This document shows, piece by piece, positions 43,556 through 56,787 of a stretch of 64,000 nucleotides of DNA. Below the pieces are notes generated by a model. That model saw nothing but the letters and a program-made list of their open reading frames with translations, ran no database searches and was not told the DNA's origin. A program made the translations under genes and the position numbers. Origin of the DNA: Eledone cirrhosa (Eukaryota); assembly GCA_964016885.1 (NCBI GenBank), contig OZ024741.1, positions 58,218,001 through 58,282,000 on the forward strand, read 5' to 3'. The number at the start of each line of letters is the position of its first letter. Position 1 is the stretch's first letter.

Positions 43556-44007
43556 CTAGCAGAAAAACCACCCTCCGGTGGTTTTTCTGCTAGCATGTGT
43601 AGTATGCATATTGATATTATATGCAAATATATATGATACGTCAAATAAAATTGTAATTGTGAATATGCACAAAAATTGAAGAGAGACTGTGTTACACTCT
43701 CTTCTGTAATTAGTAAAGTAATCCACGATACATTTAAAAAAGACTATATTATATATAAACTGCATTACGGTGAAATTTTATGAAAACGAAAAAGGAGAAA
43801 ATTAGCGACAGAAATATAAATTTTATATAATGATGCAAGTATATGAACATTTATATAAGCGATAGGATATAGCATATGGCTAAGTGTTAAGGCAGAACGA
43901 GCGCTAACCAGAAGTGCAGACATTTGAAAATTTAAAAAAAGTGAATCTTAAAATACATTATATATAAGCATATTTATGTTTAATAGAGAGCTATGAAATT
44001 TAGTAGA
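43556..44007 (-). mobile_element. Non-autonomous Helitron, copy 2 (complete ends)
   Basis: Minus strand starts TC(TACTAAA) at 44007 and ends with hairpin plus CTAG at 43556. It lies between host A (43555) and T (44008) with no TSD. Confidence 0.75.
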
Positions 44008-46787
44008 TAAATTACATAATATTCATTCATGATTTATTCAAAATAATTCAACTTATTTTAATAATGTCTTCAGAAAAAATATCCCTAACACAGTCCCGCA
44101 ATCTTCTAATCATTATATATTACATATACTATTATATTTTCACGGTAAAGGCTTTATCACACAAAATATCGAATCTACGAGATTTGGATATTATTTATTT
44201 TGAGAACAATACCTTAACATCAGTATGAGCAGCCGGTTTGAACATAAAGAGGTGAGAGAATTCTGGCTGGATATGGCTAGTTTAAATGCAGATAGAGTCC
44301 ATCTGAAAAACTTTCAAACATTTTTCATCTACCCAATTTCACCCACATGCATAGCTTGATCCAAGGCTATGGTAAATGACATTTGCTCAAAATGCCACAC
44401 AATAGTAGTGAACCTGGGACAAAATGATTGTGAAGCAAACCTTTTATTTACTTAGCCATGTTGTGTCTATGAACTGAAAAAACTCTATTAGATTATAATA
44501 GAGAGCAGTGGGATTCAATAGTGGAACATCAAAAGGGTGAGATACATGGAATGATAGATTGTGAACGCCATACAGATATGTCTGGGTTATAATACAAAGG
44601 AAATAAACCTAATGTTAAACAATGATATGAAAGTAGAGATGATGAACAACATCATCATCATCAGTATAATTACTGTTATTGTTATTCAACTCAAACCAGC
44701 AGGAGAGGAAAAAAAAAGCTGGAGACAGGAAAAAATATTTTCATTGATTTATACTGTGTATGTGTGTATGGATGTATGTATGTGTATATATATATATATA
44801 TATATATACACACAGATACATACATACATAAACACACATACATAGATATATATGCATAATATATATATGTATTACGCATATATATTCATACATGTATGTA
44901 TGTGTATATATATGTATATATATATATACACACACATGCATACATAAATATATATGCATGGTATATACATATATATATATATATATACACACACATATCC
45001 ATAAATATACATGAAAAAATATAGACACTGATACAATATATATAAATATACATGTATAAATACATATAAATATACTCATATATATATATCATATACATGA
45101 TATTTCATTGATTTCAGCTGTGTTTATATAGACATGTTATCTGATATCAATAACTATTGACATGTCATCACAGTAATTCATCATTTATCTCATCATTCCC
45201 TGACAGTTCACATATATCTAACTGCTTATTTCATTACCATGACATTATTGTATTTCCCTCCAAGACAGGCTTCCATATTTATGTCTTAATCACTAGTCAG
45301 CTTTAGAGTACAAGCTAAAGACTCAGCGGCAAAACCAGGGATGTAGTTTCAATTCTCCATTGAAGATACAAATGGATGTAATATTTTAGGAACAAATAAA
45401 CAAAAGCAAGGAGAGAAGCGACAACAAAGTGTGTATATTGTTGCTTCTGCAGTTTCCATCTAGAAAGCTCCACTCCAAGATGTTGCTTAAATCGAAGCTA
45501 TAATACAAGGGTCAGCTTATTCCCATGGAATAACCAAAAGAGACTTATTTTTCAACATAGTCCCTGGAAAGAAACAATACAGTTATTAATAAGAAGAGAT
45601 GAAATTAATGTATGCAAGATTTCACAGCTCTAGCATCACTCCTTTATAATTAGCCTATGAACTGTTCTGCCCACCCTCATAGAGGACACTTTCCCAAGCT
45701 GTCATGCAGTGGAACTAAACCCAGAACCACATAATTACAAAATAAACACTTTAACCACTCAGCCATGCCTACACCTTTAACAATACGACTAACGTCAGTA
45801 GTATGAGGCCTGAAAATAGAATTGAACCTATGATTCACAAATAAGTTTACTATAAGATTCCATAGACTCCACACAAACACAATGTTGTTCTTACAATTAA
45901 TGAGTTACTACCCTACCATGATAAAAAAAAAAGTACCAGCTCAGAGATTGTTCAGCCCCCTTTCCTTTCATCATGGATGTTCTGCTGTATTAAAGGAGTG
46001 AGGTTCAAGAGTGTGTTTGTATCTGCTCGCAACTATATGAGTACTTAAAACCTTTAGAGATGGTATGGTTCAAACTACCAAGTCATACTTAATTGCCAGT
46101 AACAGCTGTAGTTGTTTACAGTCATATAATGAATTATCAATCTGAGCCAGCACAATATTTTATTTGCAATATCTATTTCTACCAAAGTAATGTCCTATTT
46201 AAGCATATTTGTTGTAAAATAGAGAGCTATAGTTTTCTCATGATTCTGTGGAACCAACTTAGTGTGAACAGGTTTTGAATAGAAGCAAGACAAACAACAT
46301 AAGCTGTATATCTAAATTATTAGTTATTAATGAACTCTTACAACAGAGAAGTTGTTTCTACTGTACACATCAGTGACTATGATTAATAGAATATCATGAA
46401 AGAAACATTTATAATGGAGCGTTAATGCAGGTGGTTGAAAACTTATTAACATTTGATATTATTTATAAAACTGGACAAAAGCCCTTATTGATCACCTATA
46501 ATGTCTGGCAAATTAAGGTTGACTTAAATAACCCTTCATTTAGTAAAATAGTGTTTGTTTTATCTTGGACTGTTTGGGCTTTGAAAAGAGGATAATAGCC
46601 CTGAAATATCATGCTAAAATATATTGGGTTAAACATCACTTTGTTTTCTTTTTGTTTCATTTGCCCTTTGTATGTTCTACTCCATTGTACTGGCTTTAAA
46701 AAAAAAACAATATTTATTGGTCTTTTACTACATATCTCACAATGCTTCATATTAACTACACAACCCTTCATTTATTTTTCACATGAA

Positions 46788-47025
46788 CCCTTTCATTACC
46801 ATAGTTCTAATGAAAGATACTGTCTATAATTTTCGAATAATTTTTAAAATAACAATTTGCAGGGATCTAGTAATATAACTAATTTTATTAAACTAGTATT
46901 TGGAACATAAAAGTTCATACATAAAATTATGATGGAAAGCTTTTAGACAAATATAAACACTTTAAAATATACAGCTTTCTATCAAAGAACTAGGGCTGGT
47001 TTGACACGTTTTGGTACCAAAAGGG
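46788..47025 (+). mobile_element. piggyBac-like MITE
   Basis: tgaa|CCCTTTCATTACC ... GGTACCAAAAGGG|ttaa. Related copies at ~17945-18350, 49130-49470 and 55060-55270. Confidence 0.65.
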
Positions 47026-48449
47026 TTAAGCAAATAGTAACCCATTCTGGGTGGTAAAATGGCAGAAGTGTTAGAGGATCAGACAACATTTTCAGTTCAA
47101 ATCTCGATGCGGTCTACTTTAGTGATAGACTTAATCAATCACCTAGTCCTTGGATGTTTTTAGTGGAGTTCACTTTGTTGCAAACCTTTGAACATGGTTT
47201 CAAGTTTGCATTTACCTTTCATTGTCTCCATTCAACCACTTTACAGAGTGTTCTGGGTGTATTTTATTGTGGCAACAGCACAAGAAAGATTTTCATGTCC
47301 TTGATAAGACTAAAGGATCCTCTCTACTCTAAACAGCCACATTACAGTGTGTAATACAAAATATGATCTTAAAACCTTTCTCTTACCAGACAATTACACT
47401 TCAAACCTGGTTCCAACCCATGTCAGTATGGAAACCAGACTGATGTTGATGATGATTCTATTGTTTTCTTGCTAACCTAAATTACTGAAAACCAATATTA
47501 TGATGACTACTGAAATCTGGTTGTAATGAAAATTATAATTGTGTAAACTTCAACTTTGAATCACTATAAATGCCATATGCAGTTTTCCATGTTTATAAAT
47601 GTGTGAAATGAAATATAGATAGAGAGAGTATAGTGTACAACTATCGTAATTTAGCTAAAAATGTCTGTCAACACATATTCAGGCTAAAATATTTATATAT
47701 ACACAACTAGGTCAACTAGTCAGATGCAGTAGAATTAGTAAATTTCGTTTTTGTTTATGTGGATCTTAATGAGATAGCTTGATAACTATTTTGCTAAATC
47801 CCTCCAAATTCTTGATTAATTTCAAAATTATTTGCAAACCATAGATAGTGTCTTTCATAAAAGTATGGTCTCAAAAAGTATTAAATGAGGATGATGATAA
47901 GAATGTAGTTTAAAAATTAGTAGAGAGATGATTCTGCAAAACACACTGAGAGAGAGGTAGAGCAGGTAAAAAGTAACAGTGTTTACATTATAACAGACAA
48001 CTTTAATACCATATTAGTCTCTAATTTCCTAATGATGAACATTTAGAAAAATACCAATGACCAGTTATCTTTCCATATAGAAAACCTCACCTCTCTTCCA
48101 CTTTAAAACATCTATTGTTGGGCTTTAAAGTCATACATATTAATAACTTAATATATATGAGGATAAGTGCAGTAGAGTTAGTGATGTATTAGATAAAATG
48201 CCCCTATAGTATTTGTTCCAGCTATTTACATTGAGTTCAAATCCTTTACTATGCCTACACTAAATACAACCACATGAATTCTTTACTTTACTTCCCAGGT
48301 CAATAAAATAAAGTACCAGTCAAATAGTGAGGTTGATTTAATAAGTGTTGCCCTTCCCCTACAATGTGTTGGCCTTGTGCCTAAATTAGAAATCAATATA
48401 TATGTGGGTCATTATTAATTTTAATGGTAGGGCTTTACTGTTATATAAT

Positions 48450-48760
48450 ACACACTGTAAAGTGGTCATGTAGGTGCCACGGCTAAAAGCACCCAGTCCA
48501 CACTGTAAAGTGGTCATGTAGGCATCACAGCAAAAAGCACCCAATACACACTGTAATGTGGTCATGTAGGTGTCATGGCAAAAGCACCCAGTACTCACTG
48601 CGCTAGGAAAGGCATCCAGCTGTAGAAATCAAGCCAAAATTGGTTCTGTATGAGCATGACACATTCACCTGACCTAGCATTGCTCACAACAGCATAACTC
48701 ATCTAACCCATGCCAGCATGAAAAAGTGAACGTTAGACAATGATGATGATGTCGATGATG
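48450..48760 (+). mobile_element. RTE 3' UTR/SINE tail with three tandem ~48-bp units
   Basis: Three copies of 'cacactgtaaagtggtcatgtaggtgccacggc.aaaagcacccagt', then 'ggcatccagctgtagaaatcaagcc' and (GAT)n. Confidence 0.8.
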
Positions 48761-49638
48761 ACTAGTAGCAATACCCAGCCTTGCTGATGTTTATTAATGC
48801 CTACACTAAATACAACCACATGAATCCACTAGATATTGGATAAATTACTTTAAAAATATGCTAGCAATTTTTAGTTTGTCTGGGAATGTTGATTCACTCA
48901 GAATTGCTGCATCCAAGCATTGCATAAGATGGTTGATGTCCAACTTCATAAAAATATGCAATGATATAAACAAATAAAGAACTTAAAATAGAATTTTAAT
49001 CTTATAATTTTTCTCATTTCCTTGGAAAACTTGTTATTTTTTTTAGATTTTATTTTGAAAATCATAAGCAGTGTCTTTTAATAGAAACATAGTAACAAAA
49101 GAGTTAAAAAATGATGTGAATAACATTAAACTTTTACTCTTTCGTTACCATATTTCTAATAAAAGACAGTGCCTATGATTTGCAAATATTTCTTTTCAAG
49201 AGATTTAGTAATATAACAACTAACTTTCTAACATTTTAAACATCAAAAATATATTCTCCACTTATGAGAATTTCAAAACCATACCATCTAAACTTATCTG
49301 TTGATTAACTGCCTCAGCTAATACATGGGGTTTGGATTTTTGTCGATTTCTCAGGCATAAAATAGGGGATTGGCTTATATTCGATTATATACTGTATGAA
49401 GACTTTTAAATAGACAGTTTTGTATCAAAACTGGTGGCTGTTTCAAGCAGATTGGTATCAAAAGGGTTAAGAAGTGAAAATCAGTAGAGAGTAGACAGGA
49501 ATAAAATTTTGAGATAAGAATAAAAAATGTTATCACTGAGTTCTGAGAGTTAATGTTCAACTTCATAAAAATATGCAAGCATGGAAAAATGGACTTAAAA
49601 ACGATGATGGTGATAAAAACATCATAGAACTTGAAATA

Positions 49639-50728
49639 TACTGAATATACTGAAATATGCCCCCCACCCTATTTTATGTCTGAGAAATAGACAAAAATCC
49701 AAACCCTGTTTATAAGTTGAGGTAAGCAATCAACAAATTGTTTAGATGTCATTTTGAAGTTCTCGGAAGTGGAGGATATATTTACGATGTTTTAATATTT
49801 TGATATTTAAAATATTGTTATACTTTGGGAGGGTCATGCTGCCAATAAAAACATGCACCTGTTCGTTTTCACTTCAATTTATTATTATAAATTTCCGGTT
49901 GATTGGTTGGTTCTATAACCGGATGGTTGTTTATATATTGTCAAAGCTCTTTCGTCACACATTTAGTGACCTCCTCATTGACTGGGTTTTATTTTGTGTC
50001 TTTCCTTTGTTCTGTCCTATACCATTTTGTTTTTGTGTGTTGTGCTTAGTTTGTGCATGCATTTCATCCGTGTGTGTGTGTGTTTTTTTTAAAGTTATTT
50101 ATTGATGTGTTTATTTACTTGTCACAAAATTTTAAAAAAAACAGTCATTGAGGAGGTTACAGAATTTGTGGCGAAAGAGCTTTCACAATATAAAAACCAT
50201 CCGGTTATCGAACCAACCAACCAACCAGAAATTTATAATAATAAATTGAAGTGAAAACCAACAGATGTGTGTATTTTTATTGGCAGTATGGCCCTCCCAA
50301 AGTATAACAATATCTGTTTCAACACACGTTTTCAGATAAGAAATCTTGCAAAACAAATTCAAAAACGAAGATATTTAAAATGTTCTAAGTTGTTTAGAGT
50401 ATAGTTTTTGATTTACAACTCCATTACATAAGATGTAATATTTTTTTCCCAATATCTGACTGTTTTAAAGACCATATACATTAAAAACATTTAAAATACA
50501 AAATATGAATTTCACGTTGAAAATGAAACCAATGTACTATTAACCTCTTAAGTGAAACTGGCCTAATATTCACCCCCAAAGTGAAAATATTTTAGCACCA
50601 CACTTATGTACAATTTTGAAGTTGGTGAAAATCAGCAAAATATTGATCTTGAATATAAGCCGACCCCCATTTTATGATCAATTTTTTTTTGTCACATATT
50701 TCTTGGCTTATATACAAGTATAGATGAT
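49639..50728 (+). mobile_element. pogo/Tigger-like non-autonomous DNA transposon interrupted by a PLE-derived insertion
   Basis: Degenerate TA-CCGTATATACTCGAATATAAGCC-type ends at 49639 and 50700-50728, with an inverted copy of the left end at 49225-49396. Confidence 0.5.
49814..50369. mobile_element. Non-autonomous PLE derivative: two inverted pLTRs, each with a hammerhead motif, and a 12-bp TSD
   Basis: 49814-50120 is the reverse complement of the pLTR at ~8250-8588, and 50140-50369 is a direct copy of ~8400-8646. 'gatatttaaaat' is duplicated at 49802-49813 and 50370-50381. Confidence 0.85.
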
Positions 50729-51384
50729 AATTGTAATCTTAACATTTTTTCTTTTATTTTCTTTAAAATTTCTCCTCCTTCCACACAATTAGAAAATCTG
50801 TACTAAATTAATTATTGTTTCTAATGTGTAGACACAGCATAGCCAAATGGTTAAGAAACATGGGTTGACTCATGTAGGCAGAAACTGTTTGGATGCCTGT
50901 AGGTGGAGTGTACATACTGTAGGTGGAGTGTTCATACTGTGTCACATTGAATTTCCCAGAGAATTTTATTAAGAGGATATATGTTTATAGAATGTAAATC
51001 TTATGACATGTGAAGATTTGTAATTTATTTTTTTTTAAATATGATATAGATGTGGGTTGAGTCCAGGCTGTAGATTTCTGTTGCAGGAATTCTCATCCAA
51101 CCCATGTTAGAATAGGAAAATGGTAGTTATGCTGATGGTGATGCTGATGGCAGCAGAGATAATAGTAGTGAGGACAATGATGAAGGTGATGATATTTGTG
51201 ATGGTGATGATGGTCGTAGTGATGATAATAATGGTGTTCTTGCAGTTATTGTATCTTTAAATTAAAAGTATGTTTTTCTTCTTTTTGTGCGCTTTCTTTC
51301 TCTCGCCAACAGATTTCTTTGATGTCTCGATACCTTAATAATAGTTCCTTACTTGTAACGTCTGTGTTACTTATATACAATGCT

Positions 51385-51431
<47 letters not shown>

Positions 51432-53114
51432 TGCATGCATGTATGCACACACACAAACACAAGAATATATACATAGATATGTGTGTATATATCTCTTCAG
51501 GAATACAATTGAAGTAATATATCTCATGAATGTTATCTAATGGTTGTGAAAACTCAGCTGATAATCTTCCTTCCATTACAGAGACAATCTCCATCCCTAA
51601 AAGACATTATTATGATGCTGATAGATACTAAATCATACCTTGTACCTCTTTTTGACCAAAACTCAATCTGTATTCTTATTGGCTGATTTTTCTCTACATT
51701 TTTGCAGCTTCATTAAAGTTATGAAAATGCAAGACGTTTTTGTAATCAAAAGAAACTGTGCTTGGGAGATTTCAGTGAGATTCCTTGCTGAGATTTCCAA
51801 CATTAATCTACATTACAATGGAAAAGGGAGTTTAGATTATTTTGTACAAAAATCTTTCTTAGAGCTTCATTAAAAGATGCTTTTGTGAATTAAAAGCTCT
51901 GAAAAGATTGTGCTTGAAGATTTCGCTGAGATTCCTTACGGAGATACCCGAGTTCAATCTAGGAGTTTAGATTATTTGGTACAAAAATCGTTCATGAATA
52001 TCCTTTCTCCACATAATTGAAATACCGAGTAGATTTCACTAATATCCTGCATTTCCTTTGTCAGAATAAAAAAATATATATGCGTCTGTGTATGTATGTT
52101 ATATGTATTTATAAATATATATTTTAGGGAATTTATTGAGGTTGTACTTGCATGAAAGCAACACGAGTTGAATTATCTGAGGTGGCCCTATTCTCACTCA
52201 ATGATACGTGAAATGAATTCATTGTTTCAGAATGACTTAGAATGGACTTCGAACAAACAGTGTAGAGATGTAGGCTGCATATAGAAAACAACAAATACTC
52301 AGAAAAAAAAACATTTACTTGGACCATAGTGGTTTCTAATGTACCAACTGTATGCGCAGTTGCAATTACATCAGACTGGATGCATAGTCATCAGCAGGCA
52401 TTTGTTCCATGATCGCCCTGGTCATTCTAACAGTTTTGAATAAGTATCATATCATTAGTCAATAATAAAATATTTATTCAGACCTCAAACCCTCAAACTA
52501 CTTTCAGGAATAAATCTGCAGCTAGAAGTGGACCTTCAACCTCTCTCACCAATATTATTGAATATATTTGAAGAAAAATCTTTCAGTGTTGGCAATGCAG
52601 AGAAATTGTTTATTTTTACTTGTTAACAATGGATAAGTGGTTAAGAAGTTTGCTTTGCAATCATAAAGTCCTGGGTTTGATCTCACTGTAGCATCTTGAG
52701 CAAGCATCTTTACCATAGCCTCAGGTTGATTCAAACTTCATAGATAGAAACTGTTAGGAAGCCCATCAGATGGGTTATACCCACAATTCAAAGGTCCAGC
52801 CTTTTGTGTCTATTGTGTCAAGCTGATTCAGCACAGGAATTAGGGAATTATGTTATGGTTACATGTCTGGTCAAGTGCAGAAGCTAGTAGTTAGGGTATT
52901 GGACTTATGATCTTCATGTTATAGGTTTGATTTCAACATGATGGTTAACCTTATGATGAGCAGGCATCTTGTCCTGTACATACTTAGTGCCAATGAACTT
53001 CGGATAAGCTCTGGCCTGATGAGCCACTGGTCTTAGAACAGATTTTTTTTTAACACAACTGTGGATTACTTATTCATTCTTGAGTAGAATACTTCATTTC
53101 AAATTGCTTTTTAT

Positions 53115-53166
<52 letters not shown>

Positions 53167-53168
53167 AT

Positions 53169-53460
53169 TGGGGCTCACATCATTAGAACTTCCAAGGAAC
53201 CTTCTATAAGATGTGACTTCATAGGAGGATAGCTAAACCTACATAGATATGTGATGTAAAAACAGCATATATAATAAAACTGGGGCCCCTATCTAAGAAA
53301 CCTCTTATAAGATACAACCTCATCAAATGCCAGTTCAATTTATACGAGATGTAACGACATAACTAGGGGCCGTTATCATTAAAACACACACAAAAAAAAA
53401 AACCTCCTATAAGATGCAATCACATAAGAGGCTAGCTAAACCTACATAGGTGTTAACTAT
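53169..53460. repeat. Old, diverged three-copy tandem repeat (~85-110 bp units)
   Basis: Recurrent 'ggggc...atc...aacc..ctataagat...tagctaaacctacatag'. Confidence 0.55.
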
Positions 53461-54031
53461 AAACCTCTTCTTCATCTCATTCCATTTATGCCCAGTTTTT
53501 CTCTCTTTGCCATTCATCCACATTAATATTACCCATTGATGTTGATGATCCTCAACATATTAAATGCTGAAGGAAAAAGATGTAGGGGATCTGTTATGAC
53601 AATTTTGAATAAACTAAATGGCATAAAACTGTAGCAGAAGGAATATAACTACAAATGCTCTTTCACTGGCAAACATCTGTTGGTTATGAAAATATATTTA
53701 GATGTTGGAATTGTTGTGATAAACACAGAAACGTCAGCAAGACACACCAGTTAGATTCACTTTGGCACTTAAATACTAATCATGGCAACTTCTAGAACAT
53801 TTCTGTAGAATTTGGTTTTAAAAGTAAATTAGGAAAAACATCAATGACAAATTGGAAGGTTTTGATTGGAAATTACATAACAGATTAAAGTTAATTTACT
53901 TAAGTGTTTCACATATATTCAACTAACTAGGAAGAATATATATATGTGTGTGTGTGTGTGTGTGTAGGTGCATATTTATTTATTTATATGAATATATATG
54001 CATATCTGTATATGTGTGTGTGTATATCCAA

Positions 54032-54225
54032 AATGGCTGACCGTATAGCCCCCCCCCCCCCCCCACCTCCCTTTTTCTTACTCTTCCTCTCCTATTTCTA
54101 ACACTGATGAAGGACTTGTGTCCAAAGCGTTTAGACTCTTTTCCTGCTATTTCAAGCATTAAACTAATATATTGTACTGTGTCGTTTGCTTTGTTATTTC
54201 TGCTTACCTTTTACATACATGCATA
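54032..54225 (+). mobile_element. Hammerhead-containing short repeat, degenerate core (GAAA changed to AAAG)
   Basis: 'ctgatgaaggacttgtgtccaaagcgtttaga'. Homologous to 18371-18595. Confidence 0.65.
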
Positions 54226-54231
54226 TACAGA

Positions 54232-54350
54232 AAAAGAGTCAGGACCCCGACGGCTGAGCTCCAGCCGTTTCAACAGCTAGATCCGAACTCAGCATTTGGA
54301 TCTGGCTGTCGAAACGGCTGGATCTCAGCCGTCGGGGTCGTGACTGTTTT
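54232..54350. repeat. GC-rich 119-bp palindrome (56-bp arms, 7-nt loop)
   Basis: The arms pair with about 6 mismatches, and each arm contains the inner hairpin ACGGCTG-N5-CAGCCGT. Confidence 0.92.
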
Positions 54351-54432
54351 CCTATTACCCACTCTATTACCCTAAGTATCGAGTATTCTGGTATGTTATG
54401 GTCCACCTGGTATCTTACCACACCTTCTTTGT

Positions 54433-54463
<31 letters not shown>

Positions 54464-55856
54464 GTTTATCGGATTTTCTGATTTTCTTACTACAGGAGTA
54501 AGTACTATTACAGGAGTAAGGACTATTTCAGATAAGTACACAATACAAAATAGTTGGGAATACATATTTATTTGAAATAATTTATCTTTACAAAATGATC
54601 AGCTTGTTTCACTCCAAGGAACTGCTCAAACAATTAAAATATCCTTGCAAAGTATTATTGTTGTAAATCTCTTAACATCCTGTAATGATTTAATAGAAAA
54701 TGTCTAAAAACGAGTATCTTTGTTGTGAAAATGTGTAGCATTAGACTAAAGACCTTACAGTCAATTATGTTAAAAGTAATGTTCAGTGTGCATGGCTGTA
54801 TATATATTATATAATAATTAGAATTATCCCTCTTACATTAGAAAGTTTATTGCTGTTTTATATTTTTCAAATGTGTCTGGTTTCCTGTGGTACAGGACAT
54901 CAAACGATAACAAAATAGTCAATCCAGACTATTAGTACTTTAAACTAATTGAAAGAAAACCTCTCATACTCTAAAAAACTATCAAACCATTTACAATCAT
55001 AGAAAACAAATGTATTGCCGCCAGGTTCCATTCCACTGACCTGGTCGCAAACTACCGTTAATAGTTTTGCTACCAAACTGCCTGAAACCGCCTCTGATTT
55101 TATGATATAAAACTGTTTTATGTAAGACCCTTTGTTAAGTTATGTATGAAATACCAGCTTAATAATGAGTAAGTTAGTTATAATACTAAATCATTCAAAA
55201 CTCATTTTCATTTTTTCCTATTTATTTTTTTGTAAATTATAGGCAGTCTTTTATTAGAGGTATGGTAACAAAATACTGTTTTAATACTCTTCCTGATAGC
55301 TAATAGAATCCATGGGAATATAAAATGTTACCAAGTATCAGTTTTATATTAAATTAATTATCTGAATAAAGAAATTTCTAAAAAAAATCTAATGGAAGCA
55401 CTATCTTAATAACTGTAAATGTGTTATATTTGACAACATTTTTACAATCATAAAAAAACAAACAATATATTTTGAAACATAAATAGGGATTTGCTGGATA
55501 AAGAACATAGAAAAATGTTATATAAAAAATTACATGAAAGAAATTCAAAAAGTACCTAACATAAATATGTGTACACAAAAAATTTATGGTCTTATGAGTG
55601 GACATTAAATGAGGTAGTGAGATGGTCATTAGATGAAGAGAGATTGTATTCATCTTTGATACACTAGATTCAATTCAACTAATTATATACCCCACCTCTA
55701 TACAAGCAAGAACTACTGACTTCCTGTCTAGACAAAGCAAATGATTATTTTATTTAAGAATTCAAAGCAACAGAGCAAAAGCCAGAATAAACACTTTAAT
55801 GCTTCTGTCATGGCTGACTATTATAGTTAACATTTTCAAATCATTTTCATATCCAT

Positions 55857-56330
55857 CCATTAGATTGGATCAAGGAAACAATGTTTCCAATGGTCTTTTC
55901 ATTACTGATACTATCTATAGTCACAATACCCAGCAGAAGGAAGGAGTCCCTCATTAGACCAGACCAAGGAAACAATGTTTCCATTGGTCTTTACAATACT
56001 GATACTATCTACAGTCACAATACCCAGCAGAAGGAAGGAGTCCCTCATTAGACCAGACCAAGGAATCAATGTTTCCATTGGTTTTTCTATTACTGATACT
56101 ATGTACAGCCACAACTCTTGACAAAACGAGGGAGTCAATTATTAGATTAGACAAACAAAACAATGTTTCTAGTGGTCTTTTCATTGCTGATACAATTCTG
56201 TCAGTCACAACACCTGCCAGAAGACAGGAGTCAATCATTAGATCAAACCAAAGTAACAATGTTTCCCTTGGTCTTTCCATTGCTGATACTGTCTGTTTGT
56301 TGCAAATCCTGCCAAGAGGAAGAAGGAATT
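55857..56330. repeat. Tandem repeat, ~5 copies of a 94-bp unit
   Basis: 'tcattagaccagaccaagga' at 55951 and 56045, with diverged copies on both sides. Confidence 0.9.
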
Positions 56331-56756
56331 GAACTCAAAGTACCGTGAGAAGGAACAAATACTGAGAAATTTAATCCAACACCCCTAACAAATCAGTCAA
56401 TTTACCATTATCAAATTAGTATCATATTAATCACTAGTAATCTTGCTGATTACATGCATAATTAAAACTGAAACTAATGCTAATGGGTAATGTAAGAAAA
56501 TAACTAGGCATTCTTGAATTACAAGAACAAATGAGTTTCATTTTAGTATGGATATTTATTCTTTTACTAGCTTCAGTTTTTATACTGCGGCCATGCTGGA
56601 GTACCACCTTGATTTAGTTGATCATATGGACCCTTGTATTTATTTTTTTAAGTCTGGCACTTATTTTATTTATCTTTTTTTGTCACAGGACATAAACAAA
56701 GATACAAACGTAAACACAGGCACCAACTGATACACACACACACTATATATATACGC

Positions 56757-56787
<31 letters not shown>

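Noticed and set aside
51745-52000. Two-copy ~150-bp diverged tandem duplication
   Set aside because: Real but unremarkable; no structure or coding signal.
55857-56330. CRISPR-like regular repeat
   Set aside because: Whole units are repeated with no unique spacers, there are no cas genes, and the context is eukaryotic.
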